Notes: generated by a model not told the origin, from the sequence alone. Positions 38,678-47,520 are shown, counted from the whole stretch's first letter. The stretch is DNA of 62,311 nucleotides, filler included, from Coriobacteriales bacterium (GCA_031263105.1; 6 parts of 6 records of this genome joined end to end with filler, not necessarily neighbours in it); one strand, 5' to 3'. Made by a program: numbers and translations.

Positions 38678-38896
38678 TCAGGGCCTGTGGGGGCGGAAGG
38701 CGCAGTCGACGAGGTGGTCGTCCACGAAGCCCGTCGCCTGGAGGTAGGCGTAGCAGATGGTCGGTCCGCAGAACTTGAAGCCGCACCGCTTCATGTCCTT
38801 GCTCATCGCCACGGCGAAGGGGGCGGAGGCGGAGACCTCCCCGAGGGTCTCCCAGTGGTTGATGACGGGGCCGCCGCCGGGCAGGAAGGAGCGCAC
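38678..38896 (-). pseudogene. tag: tag copy 3, 3' fragment only
   Basis: Matches the last ~72 codons of the other tag copies; abuts the HicB downstream sequence. Confidence 0.85.
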
Positions 38897-38932
38897 TATA
38901 CAAAAAGGCTCTTGCGGATGCCGCAGATGCTT

Positions 38933-39098
38933 TCAGGGAACAGGAGCGTGAAGGGTTGCCGCCGCCTTGCGCGGGCGGTCTGCCTTGGGGGCGGAGGCGA
39001 GGCGTGCGTTTATCGAGCGCAGGCTGATGCGGCGCGCGGTGCCCGTGCCGAGGCTTTCGAGCTGCCCGGACGCGACCATCTGGGCGACGCGCCCCCTG
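38933..39098 (-). pseudogene. 3' end of the HicB-like HTH gene (contig edge)
   Basis: 38897-39098 matches 29811-30012 apart from one SNP. Confidence 0.65.
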
Positions 39099-39198
39099 NN
39101 NNNNNNNNNNNNNNNNNNNNNNNNNNNNNNNNNNNNNNNNNNTTAATTAATTAANNNNNNNNNNNNNNNNNNNNNNNNNNNNNNNNNNNNNNNNNNNN

Positions 39199-39258
39199 CT
39201 GCGGCGCTGCCGGAGGCAGCGCCGCAGCTCGGAATGACAGTGGGGCGTGAGCTGTGAC
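39199..39258. repeat. Repeat family A right arm at contig start
   Basis: CTGCGGCGCTGC..GCAGCGCCGCAG hairpin followed by CTCGGAATGACAGTGGGGCGTGAGCTGTGAC. Confidence 0.8.
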
Positions 39259-39307
39259 GGCTGAGCGCGGGCCGAGGCCGCAGGGGCAGGTTTCGTGCCC
39301 CCCGCTG

Positions 39308-40456
39308 TCATCCCACCGCCTGCTCGCGGCTGGCGAAGCGCACGCCGGCGACGAGGAAGCCGAGCAGGGCGAACAGGGCGAGGATGCCGACGGAGGCAGG
39401 CACGCCGCCCGTATCGCCGTCCAACAGGCCGTTGAAGGCCTCCATGAACCAGAACACGGGGCTTATGTGGGCGAGCTGCTGCATGAAGCCCGGCGAGTAC
39501 TCGACGGGGAAGAACGCTCCCCCGAGAAGGCTGAAGACCGTCGAGGCGACGACGAGGGCCCAGAAGACCGCCATGCGGTTGTTGAGGAGCAGGCCGCAGA
39601 CGAGCGCGAGGGAGACGATGAACAGACAGAACAGCAGGCAGAGCGCCAGAGTCTGCCCGAGCGGAAGGGTCGCCCCCTTGCCCACGACGAGAAGGAAGCC
39701 GAAGAACACCAGCACCATGAGCAAAGCCGCGACGAAACCGGCGACGCAGATGCCGCCCACATAGGAGAGCGTGTGGACGTTCGATGCCTTGACACGCCGG
39801 TAGGTGCCGTTTGCGCGGTCGTCGTACAGGAGGTTCGCCATGCCGAGGGCGAGCATGGTGGCAACGATGAGGAAGAAGCCCATGACGACCCTGAATATCT
39901 CGCGGTCCGTCGCTTCCTGCGCCCCCTCGACCGTAAGCGGTACCGACGTGACCTCGGCGCTCTGTGCCTCGACGTCTGAGAGCATCCGCTCAAAGCGCGC
40001 CTCGTCGCCCTGCGCGGCGGCGGCAAGAATCGTCAATGACTCGGCGTAGCCCTTAAGGTAGGCCTCAAGGAAGACGCGGTTGGCGTAGTCGTCCATGAAG
40101 GTGGTGAGAAGTGCGGACTCGTCTCCCTTGAGCACCGCCCTGCCAAAGCCCGCCGGCACCTCGACGATGGCGGAGACGCGCTTTTCCACGAGCTCCGTCT
40201 CAAGGAAACGGCTCTCCCCTTCCACAATGGTCAGGCCGAGGTGCTCGGTCGCGTAGCGTTTGAGGTCGGCGGACACCGCGCTGCGGTCATTGTCGATATA
40301 GCCGACGTGTATGGGGGCAGAGGGGGAAATGCCGGAGGCGAGGCCGCCGAACAGGACGAACAGCACGCAGAGCGCCGCACCGACGGCCGCCGAGCCGACG
40401 AGCACCGCCCGCATCCGTTGCAGGGAGCTTACGAGGATGAGCCCGAGCGTCCTCAT
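39308..40456 (-). CDS. ABC-2 type permease
   Basis: N-terminal TM, extracellular domain, five further TMs, LLGGAFFP. Confidence 0.9.
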   Translation of the reverse strand: MRTLGLILVSSLQRMRAVLVGSAAVGAALCVLFVLFGGLASGISPSAPIHVGYIDNDRSAVSADLKRYATEHLGLTIVEGESRFLETELVEKRVSAIVEVPAGFGRAVLKGDESALLTTFMDDYANRVFLEAYLKGYAESLTILAAAAQGDEARFERMLSDVEAQSAEVTSVPLTVEGAQEATDREIFRVVMGFFLIVATMLALGMANLLYDDRANGTYRRVKASNVHTLSYVGGICVAGFVAALLMVLVFFGFLLVVGKGATLPLGQTLALCLLFCLFIVSLALVCGLLLNNRMAVFWALVVASTVFSLLGGAFFPVEYSPGFMQQLAHISPVFWFMEAFNGLLDGDTGGVPASVGILALFALLGFLVAGVRFASREQAVG

Positions 40457-41571
40457 ATCACCAGCTCCTTTCGGTTGATGAGCAGGCACCCGGCCAGGGT
40501 CGATGCCGCGATGAGCGCGAGGCTCACGAGCGACACGACGACGCTCGGGCCGACGTTGCCGAACAGGGTGAGGTCGAAGGCGGCGGTCTGGACGAGCCAG
40601 GGCGGCGAGACGGTGGTGACGCCGGGAATGAATATCTCCTTGGAGAAGCTGCCCGACACGAAGAGGAGCACCCACGTGAGCGGCATGAGCACGAGCATGG
40701 GATTGACGCGGATGAAGATGCCAAGGAGCAGGAAGAGCGACGAGACGGCGAGGCCCACGACGAAGAGCATCGCAAAGAGCAGCACGTTGAGTTGCCAGGT
40801 CGCCGCATAGCGCGCACCGAAGAAGGTGACGGAGATGAACATGGCCGCCAGTACCTGGACGAGGTTCTGCGGGACGGACTGCAGCACCATCTGCAGGTAG
40901 ACCGACACCCTGCTCTGGGGGCTGGCGAGGATGCGCCTGAGCGTGCCGTCCTTGCGCTGGTTATAGAAGCTCGAGGCGCTGCTGATGGCATTGCCCATGA
41001 GAAAGATCATGACGATCATCGTGATGGCGTAGTAGTCGATCATCGTGCGGCTGACGCCATAGGTCTTCTCCTCGATGCGCGGCTGCCCTGTCGCAAGGTT
41101 TGCGATGACATTTGGGTCGAAGCCGCCGGACGCCTCGGACATCGCGACGCCGACCGTCCCGTACAGGTGCGCCACGCCGTCGAAGATGGAGCGCACCGCC
41201 CGGTTCTGCGTCGCGTCGGCGCCCTCGTGTATCTCGATGCCGAAGGGCTCGGTGAACACGACGGCCGCGCCGAGCTCCCCCTCCTGCAACTGCCGCTCGA
41301 CCGCGACGAGGCTGGCGCCCTCGACGAAGCTGACCTGCTCGACGTCCTCGAACTGCACGATGACGGCCTCGGCAGCCTGCACGGTCGCAGGGTCGTCGGA
41401 ATCGATGACGTAGGCCAGCTCGAAGGGCTCGATCGTCCAATCGGGGTTGTCGAGGTTCGCGAGCATCGTCCCCAGGATGAAGACGAGCAGGGACGGGAAG
41501 AGGAGGATGAAGAAGAGGCCGATCTTGCTGCGCCACAGCTCTATCTGCGCACCCTTGAAGATGCTGAACAC
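40453..41571 (-). CDS. ABC-2 type permease
   Basis: LLFPSLL..RKDGTLRRILASP; overlaps the next gene. Confidence 0.9.
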   Translation of the reverse strand: MFSIFKGAQIELWRSKIGLFFILLFPSLLVFILGTMLANLDNPDWTIEPFELAYVIDSDDPATVQAAEAVIVQFEDVEQVSFVEGASLVAVERQLQEGELGAAVVFTEPFGIEIHEGADATQNRAVRSIFDGVAHLYGTVGVAMSEASGGFDPNVIANLATGQPRIEEKTYGVSRTMIDYYAITMIVMIFLMGNAISSASSFYNQRKDGTLRRILASPQSRVSVYLQMVLQSVPQNLVQVLAAMFISVTFFGARYAATWQLNVLLFAMLFVVGLAVSSLFLLLGIFIRVNPMLVLMPLTWVLLFVSGSFSKEIFIPGVTTVSPPWLVQTAAFDLTLFGNVGPSVVVSLVSLALIAASTLAGCLLINRKELVI

Positions 41572-41582
41572 GACGCCCTCCC

Positions 41583-42644
41583 CTACCTGAGCTCGCGACC
41601 GGTCAGCGCGAGGAAGGTGGCCTCCAGGTTGGGCGCCTCGCTGTTGACGGCCTCGGTGCGGATGCCCTGCTCAACAAGCACGTTGAGCAACGGCGTGAGG
41701 TCGCTGAGACCGAGGGCGACGTCGATGCCGAGGACGCTCCCCCCTTCGTCGAATGCCGCGCGGCGCACGTCGGGCAGGACGCCGAGCCTTCCGACGAGCA
41801 GCTCCCGGGCCGCGTCGTCCATCCCCTCCGTCCGCACGACGATGCTCTTGACGTCCGTGACGACCTCCAGAAGCTCGATCTCCGTGCCCTGCGCGATGAG
41901 CCTGCCATGGTCGATGATGGCGATGCGGTCGCATATCTCCTGCACCTCGGGCAGGTAGTGCGACGTGTAGATGATGGTCGCGCCCCGGTCACGCAGCGTG
42001 CGGATGGAGTTCATAATGTGCTCGCGACCCTGCGCGTCGACGCCGACGGTCGGCTCGTCCAGGATGACGAGGCGCGGATGATGGACAATGCCGCAGGCGA
42101 TGTTGAGCCGGCGCTTCATGCCGCCGCTCATCCTGCCCACACGCTTCCTCGCGTGCTCGGCAAGCCCCACGAAGGCCAGCGCCTCGGCGACGGCCTCCTT
42201 GCGCTCGCGGCCCTTCATGCCGTAGAGCCCTGCGAAGAACGCGACGTTCTCCCGCGCGGTGAGGTTCTCGAAGAGCGCTATCTCCTGCGGCACGAGCCCG
42301 ATGATGGCCCTGATCTCGCACGACTGGCGCACAAGGTCGCAACCGGCGACCGTGACCTCGCCCCTGTCGTAGCTGAGAAGGGAGCAGATGATGTTCAGCG
42401 TTGTTGACTTGCCCGCTCCGTTGGGGCCGAGGAAGCCGAATATCTCCCCCTCGCGGACCTCGAAGTCGAGGTTGTCGACGGCCAGCACCTCGCCGTAGCG
42501 CTTCGTGAGGCCGCGCACCGTGACGAAGGGGCTGCAGGCGGGAGCGGCCGACCCGCCCTGCCCGTCCCGTTCGCGCCCCGGCACGGGCACGGACGCCTGC
42601 TCCCGCACGACTGTGGGTTCCCGCACGATCGTGGACTCCTGCAT
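41583..42644 (-). CDS. ABC ATP-binding protein (multidrug/LnrL-like)
   Basis: GPNGAGKST, MSGGMKRRLNI, LDEPTVGVD. Confidence 0.94.
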   Translation of the reverse strand: MQESTIVREPTVVREQASVPVPGRERDGQGGSAAPACSPFVTVRGLTKRYGEVLAVDNLDFEVREGEIFGFLGPNGAGKSTTLNIICSLLSYDRGEVTVAGCDLVRQSCEIRAIIGLVPQEIALFENLTARENVAFFAGLYGMKGRERKEAVAEALAFVGLAEHARKRVGRMSGGMKRRLNIACGIVHHPRLVILDEPTVGVDAQGREHIMNSIRTLRDRGATIIYTSHYLPEVQEICDRIAIIDHGRLIAQGTEIELLEVVTDVKSIVVRTEGMDDAARELLVGRLGVLPDVRRAAFDEGGSVLGIDVALGLSDLTPLLNVLVEQGIRTEAVNSEAPNLEATFLALTGRELR

Positions 42645-42729
42645 GTTCCTGCCCTTCCGGTCGCTCCTCATGGTACGACCATGATAGGGCACGGGCGGCG
42701 GCGGCGTAAGTGCCTGCCGTCCAAACCGC

Positions 42730-42747
42730 ACGTGACAAATGTCACGT
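42730..42747. promoter_or_regulatory. Palindromic operator upstream of the ABC exporter
   Basis: ACGTGACA-AA-TGTCACGT. Confidence 0.6.
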
Positions 42748-42797
42748 CGCGGGACGAAGGCTGCAACAGGGCGTCAGCGGGGATGCCCCATAAGACA

Positions 42798-42828
42798 CAG
42801 AACCCTTCCTGCTGGAGGAAGGGTTCTG
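42798..42828 (-). terminator. 13-bp stem hairpin after the small Cys-rich gene
   Basis: CAGAACCCTTCCT-gctgg-AGGAAGGGTTCTG, followed by TGTCTTAT on the minus strand. Confidence 0.6.
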
Positions 42829-42882
42829 CGCCGAAAGGAGGTATGCTGGAGAGAGAGAGTTGTCGTTTTTGGGGGCCGCCTG

Positions 42883-43062
42883 TCAATCCTGCGGGCGCGG
42901 ACAGGAGACGTCCGGGCCAAGGTCGTAGGGGGTGCAGGCAGGACAGGGGCCTGAGTCGCCACAGGAGTCGCAGCCACCGGCCTTGCGCGAGCGCACGACC
43001 GAACGGATGGCAAGCAGCACCGCAGCCAGGACCAGCAGTGATATGATGATGGTTGCCGCCAA
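42883..43062 (-). CDS. FeoB-associated-type Cys-rich small membrane protein (59 aa)
   Basis: One TM, basic stretch, GGCDSCGDSGPCPAC; GGAGG-6nt-TTG start. Confidence 0.75.
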   Translation of the reverse strand: MAATIIISLLVLAAVLLAIRSVVRSRKAGGCDSCGDSGPCPACTPYDLGPDVSCPRPQD

Positions 43063-43111
43063 GGCCTGCCTCCGTTCCTGTGCTTCATCGGTTCGTTTCT
43101 GTGACAAAGAG

Positions 43112-43141
43112 AAGTTTAATATAACTAACTTTCGCTGTCAA
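43112..43141 (-). promoter_or_regulatory. TTGACA-17-TAAACT promoter overlapped by operator copy 3
   Basis: Minus strand TTGACAgcgaAAGTTAGTTATATTAAACTT. Confidence 0.75.
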
Positions 43142-43179
43142 GGCAGATTTGAAAACTTTTTCGATTTTTTTGCGCGGTG

Positions 43180-43357
43180 CGGTTCACGCCCCACTGTCAT
43201 CCCGAGCCTGCCGAGGGATCTTCGGCCACGCAAGCGGTCGACCGCAGGTCGAAGGATCCACTGACCTGCCGTTGGACACTGCGTGTCCAAAGATTCCTCG
43301 GCGGGGCTCGGAATGACAGTGGGGGGCTCGGGATGGCGGCGGGGGGCTCGGGATGGC
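43180..43357. repeat. Repeat family A, complete copy with extra arm repeats to the contig end
   Basis: CACTGTCATCCCGAGC..GCTCGGAATGACAGTG. Confidence 0.9.
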
Positions 43358-43457
43358 NNNNNNNNNNNNNNNNNNNNNNNNNNNNNNNNNNNNNNNNNNN
43401 NTTAATTAATTAANNNNNNNNNNNNNNNNNNNNNNNNNNNNNNNNNNNNNNNNNNNN

Positions 43458-44860
43458 TTACCCGCCTTGACAATATCTCATATTTTGGTGTCCCCACCCT
43501 TTGCTCCCCCCGCCCCCCCTCCACACAAATTTGGTTTCTGTACAATGTTTAAATTTCGCCCCCCCCCCCCCCCCCCCCCGTCCTCGGCGTTCAGCTGCAT
43601 GACAGCATGAGCTGTTGTTGCTGAACCGGAAAAGAAGTCGAGGATTATTGAATTGCTGGCGCTTCCTAAAAGTAGGCACTCTTTGATTAACCCCATAGGT
43701 TTTGGGTTATCGAATACTGCAATGTTTCCTAGCAACTCCGTCATCTCTTTGGAACCTTGCGTATTGAGTGGGACAAAATCCCAAAGCGACGTGTACGTTA
43801 TGCCCTCTTTGACTTCAGACAAGAAGCGCTTTAGTTTTGGCCGTCCTTTTCCATCCTCCCCAAAATAGAGCTCGCCATCATTGAGCAGTTGCTCCATTTT
43901 TTCTTTGTTGAATCGCCAATTACCGTTCTGCGGCGGGTAATGCTCTTCACCAGTGTTAGGGTTGACAATAGGATAGTTCAAAGATGCGACGTATCTACCA
44001 CCCTTGATGTTTGCTCCAAGGTCGCCGGGTGTCCAAGGGCCTTTAGGGTGTTTGTCGGGGTTTTTATATCTTTGAATTTGCTCATCTGTTCTTGCCCTGA
44101 GATTAAGCTGTGCAGACAGTAAGTTCTTGGCGTATATTAAAATGTACTCGTGCTGCGCCCCTATTACTTGGTCGTTTGGAGGCGTGCTCCTCTTTTTCCA
44201 AATAATTGGTACTACAAAATTGCCTTCGCCGAAAACCTCGTCGCAAATTTTTCTTAATTGCGCAACCTCGTTGTCGTCTATGCTAATAAACATTACGCCA
44301 TCTTCACCAAGCAGATTCCGTGCTAACACAAGGCGCGGATATATCATAGAACACCAGTCCGAATGAAAGCGCCCGTTGCGTCCAGTATTACGGAAGAGGC
44401 GGTCGCCGTACTCATCGTAAGCTCCTGTTTCCTCATCATAATCGGCTGCGCTAACTGCAAAGTTGTCATAGTACACAAAGTCGTTTCCCGTGTTATATGG
44501 CGGGTCGATGTATATCATCTTAACCTTGCCGAGATAGCTCTCCTGCAAGAGCTTCAGTACGTTAAGGTTATCGCCCTCGATATACAGATTTTCGGTCACA
44601 TCCCAATCCTTGCTTTCTTCTACGCACGGACGCAAGGTCTTTCGGATTGGCCGTCCGGCTTCGCGGATAGCTTCGCGCTTTCCCACCCATGTAAACTCAT
44701 ACGCCTCATCACCAGCGACATCCTCACCCAGCAAGGCACGGAGCATATCGAAATTTATCTTCCCCTCAGTCACGGCCCCAGGAAACAACTCCTCAATCTT
44801 CGCCACACTCTCGGTGGTCAAATCCGGCGTTTCAAATTTCATCTTCTCCGGGTTACTCAT
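43458..44860 (-). CDS. mod: Type III R-M methyltransferase Mod, 3' end lost at the contig edge
   Basis: IEGDNL..KMIYIDPPYNTG, PKP, ILDFFSGSATTAHAV..LNAEDG. Confidence 0.93.
43559..43579 (-). repeat. G21 homopolymer within mod
   Basis: 21 C on the plus strand, read as seven in-frame Gly after LNAED. Confidence 0.6.
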
Positions 44861-45705
44861 TATCGAACTCCTCCTTGTGATTTCGCCAATTTTTCAATGA
44901 GATAATTGACGAATGCCGAACACGATACCAACATATACTTCGCGTCCTCTGCGGGAGCGTTCTTGAAATCAACACCCCCGTGTCTTATGCCGTTTTCATC
45001 CGATGTATAGCCATATAGATTGGAGAAGGCAGTTTCTAATGCACCATGCACCGCAACGCCACTATCCTTTAGCCTTTTTATTGTCGCCCCAAGCGTGGCT
45101 TGTTTGCCCGTCAAGCCTGTGATTGTGACGCACAACGCTTCGACAGCCGATATTGATTCCTTGATACTGTTCTCGTAATCCGGTGCAGTACGGTTAGCAT
45201 AAAGAGACAGTGCCTTTTGCATATGGGTGTTGACCGATGCAAATCTCGTTTGTGTGCTTTCGGCGATGGATTCAAGCTCTTGCTCATTCGTGATGGGTAT
45301 GGACTCTCCATTAAGAAGCCTGTACCCTGATTTTTCTTCCTGCAAGACTTCTTGAATATCCTCTACAAACTCTCTCAATTCTGGGTGTACTTGCGAGTAG
45401 AAGGAATTATATGATTCTTGTGGAAGTGTCAAGTATTCCAAAACCAATTCCAGAATGTCGTATGGGACATACCACTCGCTTTTCAGGAATCGTTCATTAA
45501 AATTCGAATTGTCAACCTCATCAAGATTCATGCCTAATTTGTCAAGCACGTATTGTCTGAGGTTGTCGTATTTGGAATAGTATCCCGGATTCTTGGGAAA
45601 TGTGCTGTTCAGACTATTGAACAACCTGTTTCTCAACGAATCATCCATTGAACCAACTTGCATCGCCTTTTCTGGCACAATGCCCATGCGCTTTGAAAAA
45701 CTCAT
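44860..45705 (-). CDS. AbiJ-NTD4-like protein with C-terminal helical domain
   Basis: MSFSKRMG..LRNRLFN; NSIKESISAVE..LYGYTSDENGIRHG; low GC. Confidence 0.7.
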   Translation of the reverse strand: MSFSKRMGIVPEKAMQVGSMDDSLRNRLFNSLNSTFPKNPGYYSKYDNLRQYVLDKLGMNLDEVDNSNFNERFLKSEWYVPYDILELVLEYLTLPQESYNSFYSQVHPELREFVEDIQEVLQEEKSGYRLLNGESIPITNEQELESIAESTQTRFASVNTHMQKALSLYANRTAPDYENSIKESISAVEALCVTITGLTGKQATLGATIKRLKDSGVAVHGALETAFSNLYGYTSDENGIRHGGVDFKNAPAEDAKYMLVSCSAFVNYLIEKLAKSQGGVR

Positions 45706-46580
45706 GCTAGTTCCTCCGCATATGATTCGCCAAGCATCTTTGCCAATTCTTCTGCTATCTCTTTCGGAGTCATCGTTGCCGTTGTCATTGCAAGTCGCCC
45801 TGCAACGATGGGGCTATATTCCATGACCTCTTTCTTCGTAATGTCATGCCATATTGGGAGTAGCATTTTCCCGTTTACGCTTTCGAGTTGGAATAGCCCG
45901 TCCAGCTCCGTTTTTGTCCAATACTTGTCTTTAGCGATGTAACTTGGTGAGATAATCGCAACACCAAAACGCGCATTACCCAGTCCCTTGTCAATTCTCT
46001 CTCGCATGGAATCGCCCCAGGCCATTTGCTGCGTGTCATACCATGCTCTGATACCGAGCAGCAGAAGTTCACTGACAAACTCGTCGACGAAGGAGGACTT
46101 GTCTTCCCAAGCATGGGAGACGAACACGTCGTACTCAATGCTGTCGCCCTCCAACGAGTTTTGTTTTGCAAGCGGTACAGCGTTCTGTTCATGTACTTGT
46201 GCGGCGAGTTCCTTGATGCGCCTTTCATATCCTCGCTGAATCGTCTGTTGAGTTTTTACCTCTTTTTTCTTTTCGACAGCTTCCTCGCTTCGTAGTTTTG
46301 CAGCTTTCTCGGCTCGCTTCTTTTGCTTGTCGGCAATCTTCCTCGTTGTATCTACCTTGTTTTTCGAGAGTTTTGCAATGTCGGTTTGATACCCCCGTAT
46401 CTGCTTGCTCTTTGAGGACAGCGTAGATGCAGAAGTATTCTTTGTGATGCTCTTCTGGACATCATTTATCCTCCGCGCTTTTTCAGCTTCTTTCTGTTCG
46501 AGCTCTGCGCGTTTCTTCTCCAAAACAGCTATATCGTTGTCAAGGCGATTGATTTCTCGTCTCGCCTGGCCTGCGCTCAT
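45702..46580 (-). CDS. Coiled-coil + TIR domain protein (TcpB/TirS-like architecture)
   Basis: Basic coiled coil, then YDVFVSHAWEDK..WGDSMRERIDKGL..S..Y..KYWTKTELDGL..LPIWH. Confidence 0.9.
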   Translation of the reverse strand: MSAGQARREINRLDNDIAVLEKKRAELEQKEAEKARRINDVQKSITKNTSASTLSSKSKQIRGYQTDIAKLSKNKVDTTRKIADKQKKRAEKAAKLRSEEAVEKKKEVKTQQTIQRGYERRIKELAAQVHEQNAVPLAKQNSLEGDSIEYDVFVSHAWEDKSSFVDEFVSELLLLGIRAWYDTQQMAWGDSMRERIDKGLGNARFGVAIISPSYIAKDKYWTKTELDGLFQLESVNGKMLLPIWHDITKKEVMEYSPIVAGRLAMTTATMTPKEIAEELAKMLGESYAEELA

Positions 46581-47134
46581 CTTATCCCCTCCAATGTGGC
46601 CTTCAGCCGCTTCAACTCATCGCTCAACGCAACCTGCCTGTTGAACTGCTTCTCGCTTTGCACCTTTTTGGTGAGCGCGTCTATCTCCTTTTGGAGCTTC
46701 TGCCGCCGCTCGTCGCGCTCGGTGGTTTCCTTGATGTTATGGGTGTCCGGCGTGTCGTCCGGGGCGAGGCGGTCGCCCGCTACCTCTATCTCCTTGACGT
46801 GTTCCCCTGCAGCAAGGTTGGTCGTGGACGGGGCGATTTTGCTCTGCCACTCGATGCGGTCAATCTGCTCCATGAACTTCGTCCCGTATAGGCTCCGCTC
46901 GCGGTTCAGGCGCGGGATATAGAACTCGCGTTTTTCGTTCGCGGCTTTTTCAGCGACAAAGGCGGGGGACGTAAAGATGAACCGCAGCTCGTCGATGTCG
47001 TCGAGCTGCTTCTTCAAGGCACGGTAGGCATAAATGGAGAAGCGGGCAGCGGCGACTGAGAGTTTGCTGCCTTTTTCGATTGCGACTGTCAAATCATCCT
47101 TGACGGTCTTGTTGATGTTATCGAATATCTCCAT
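46577..47134 (-). pseudogene. In-frame deletion chimera of SNF2-type helicase N-terminus and DUF4391
   Basis: IFDNINKTVKDDL..FSIYAY..RERSLYGT, then QIDRIEWQSKIAPSTTNL..EIEV, then EKQFNRQVAL. Confidence 0.7.
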
Positions 47135-47256
47135 GGCCCCGTGCGTCCCTTTACCTCACAGGTCTCTTGCCCGGCATCACCTTAAAGGTATTATACGACA
47201 GAAATTCATTACGACTCCCTACCCGCACCTTTGCATCCTCTGCATTCAGGCTTTTT

Positions 47257-47415
47257 GTTACACACTCCCACTGTCATCCCGATCCTGTCGAGGGATCCTT
47301 GGCCGCGCCAGCGGTCGACCGCAGGTCGAAGGGCCCACTGGCCTGCCGTTGGGCACTGCGTGTCCAAAGATTCCTCGGCGGGGCTCGGAATGACAGTGGG
47401 GGTCCGTACAGCAAC
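47257..47415. repeat. Repeat family A, complete copy
   Basis: CCCACTGTCATCCCGA..TCGGAATGACAGTGGG. Confidence 0.9.
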
Positions 47416-47477
47416 GGCTTTTCAAGCGACCAATCTACGACATCAGTATCGGCCAATCTACGACATTTGCATCCAGC

Positions 47478-47520
47478 TAGTAAGTATTGCTATAGAGTAG
47501 AAGTAAGTGATACTATATAC
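47478..47520 (+). promoter_or_regulatory. AT-rich tandem sites upstream of padR (possible autoregulatory operator)
   Basis: AGTAAGTATTGCTATA and AGTAAGTGATACTATA direct repeats. Confidence 0.45.

Noticed and set aside
13491..43457. TTAATTAATTAA repeated five times inside N runs
   Set aside because: Artificial contig linker; adjacency across these gaps is not evidence of linkage.
12174..47415. Family A repeats as integron attC sites around TA cassettes
   Set aside because: Ends read GTT...AAC, the reverse of attC (RYYYAAC...GTTRRRY); no integrase; repeats do not follow each ORF regularly.
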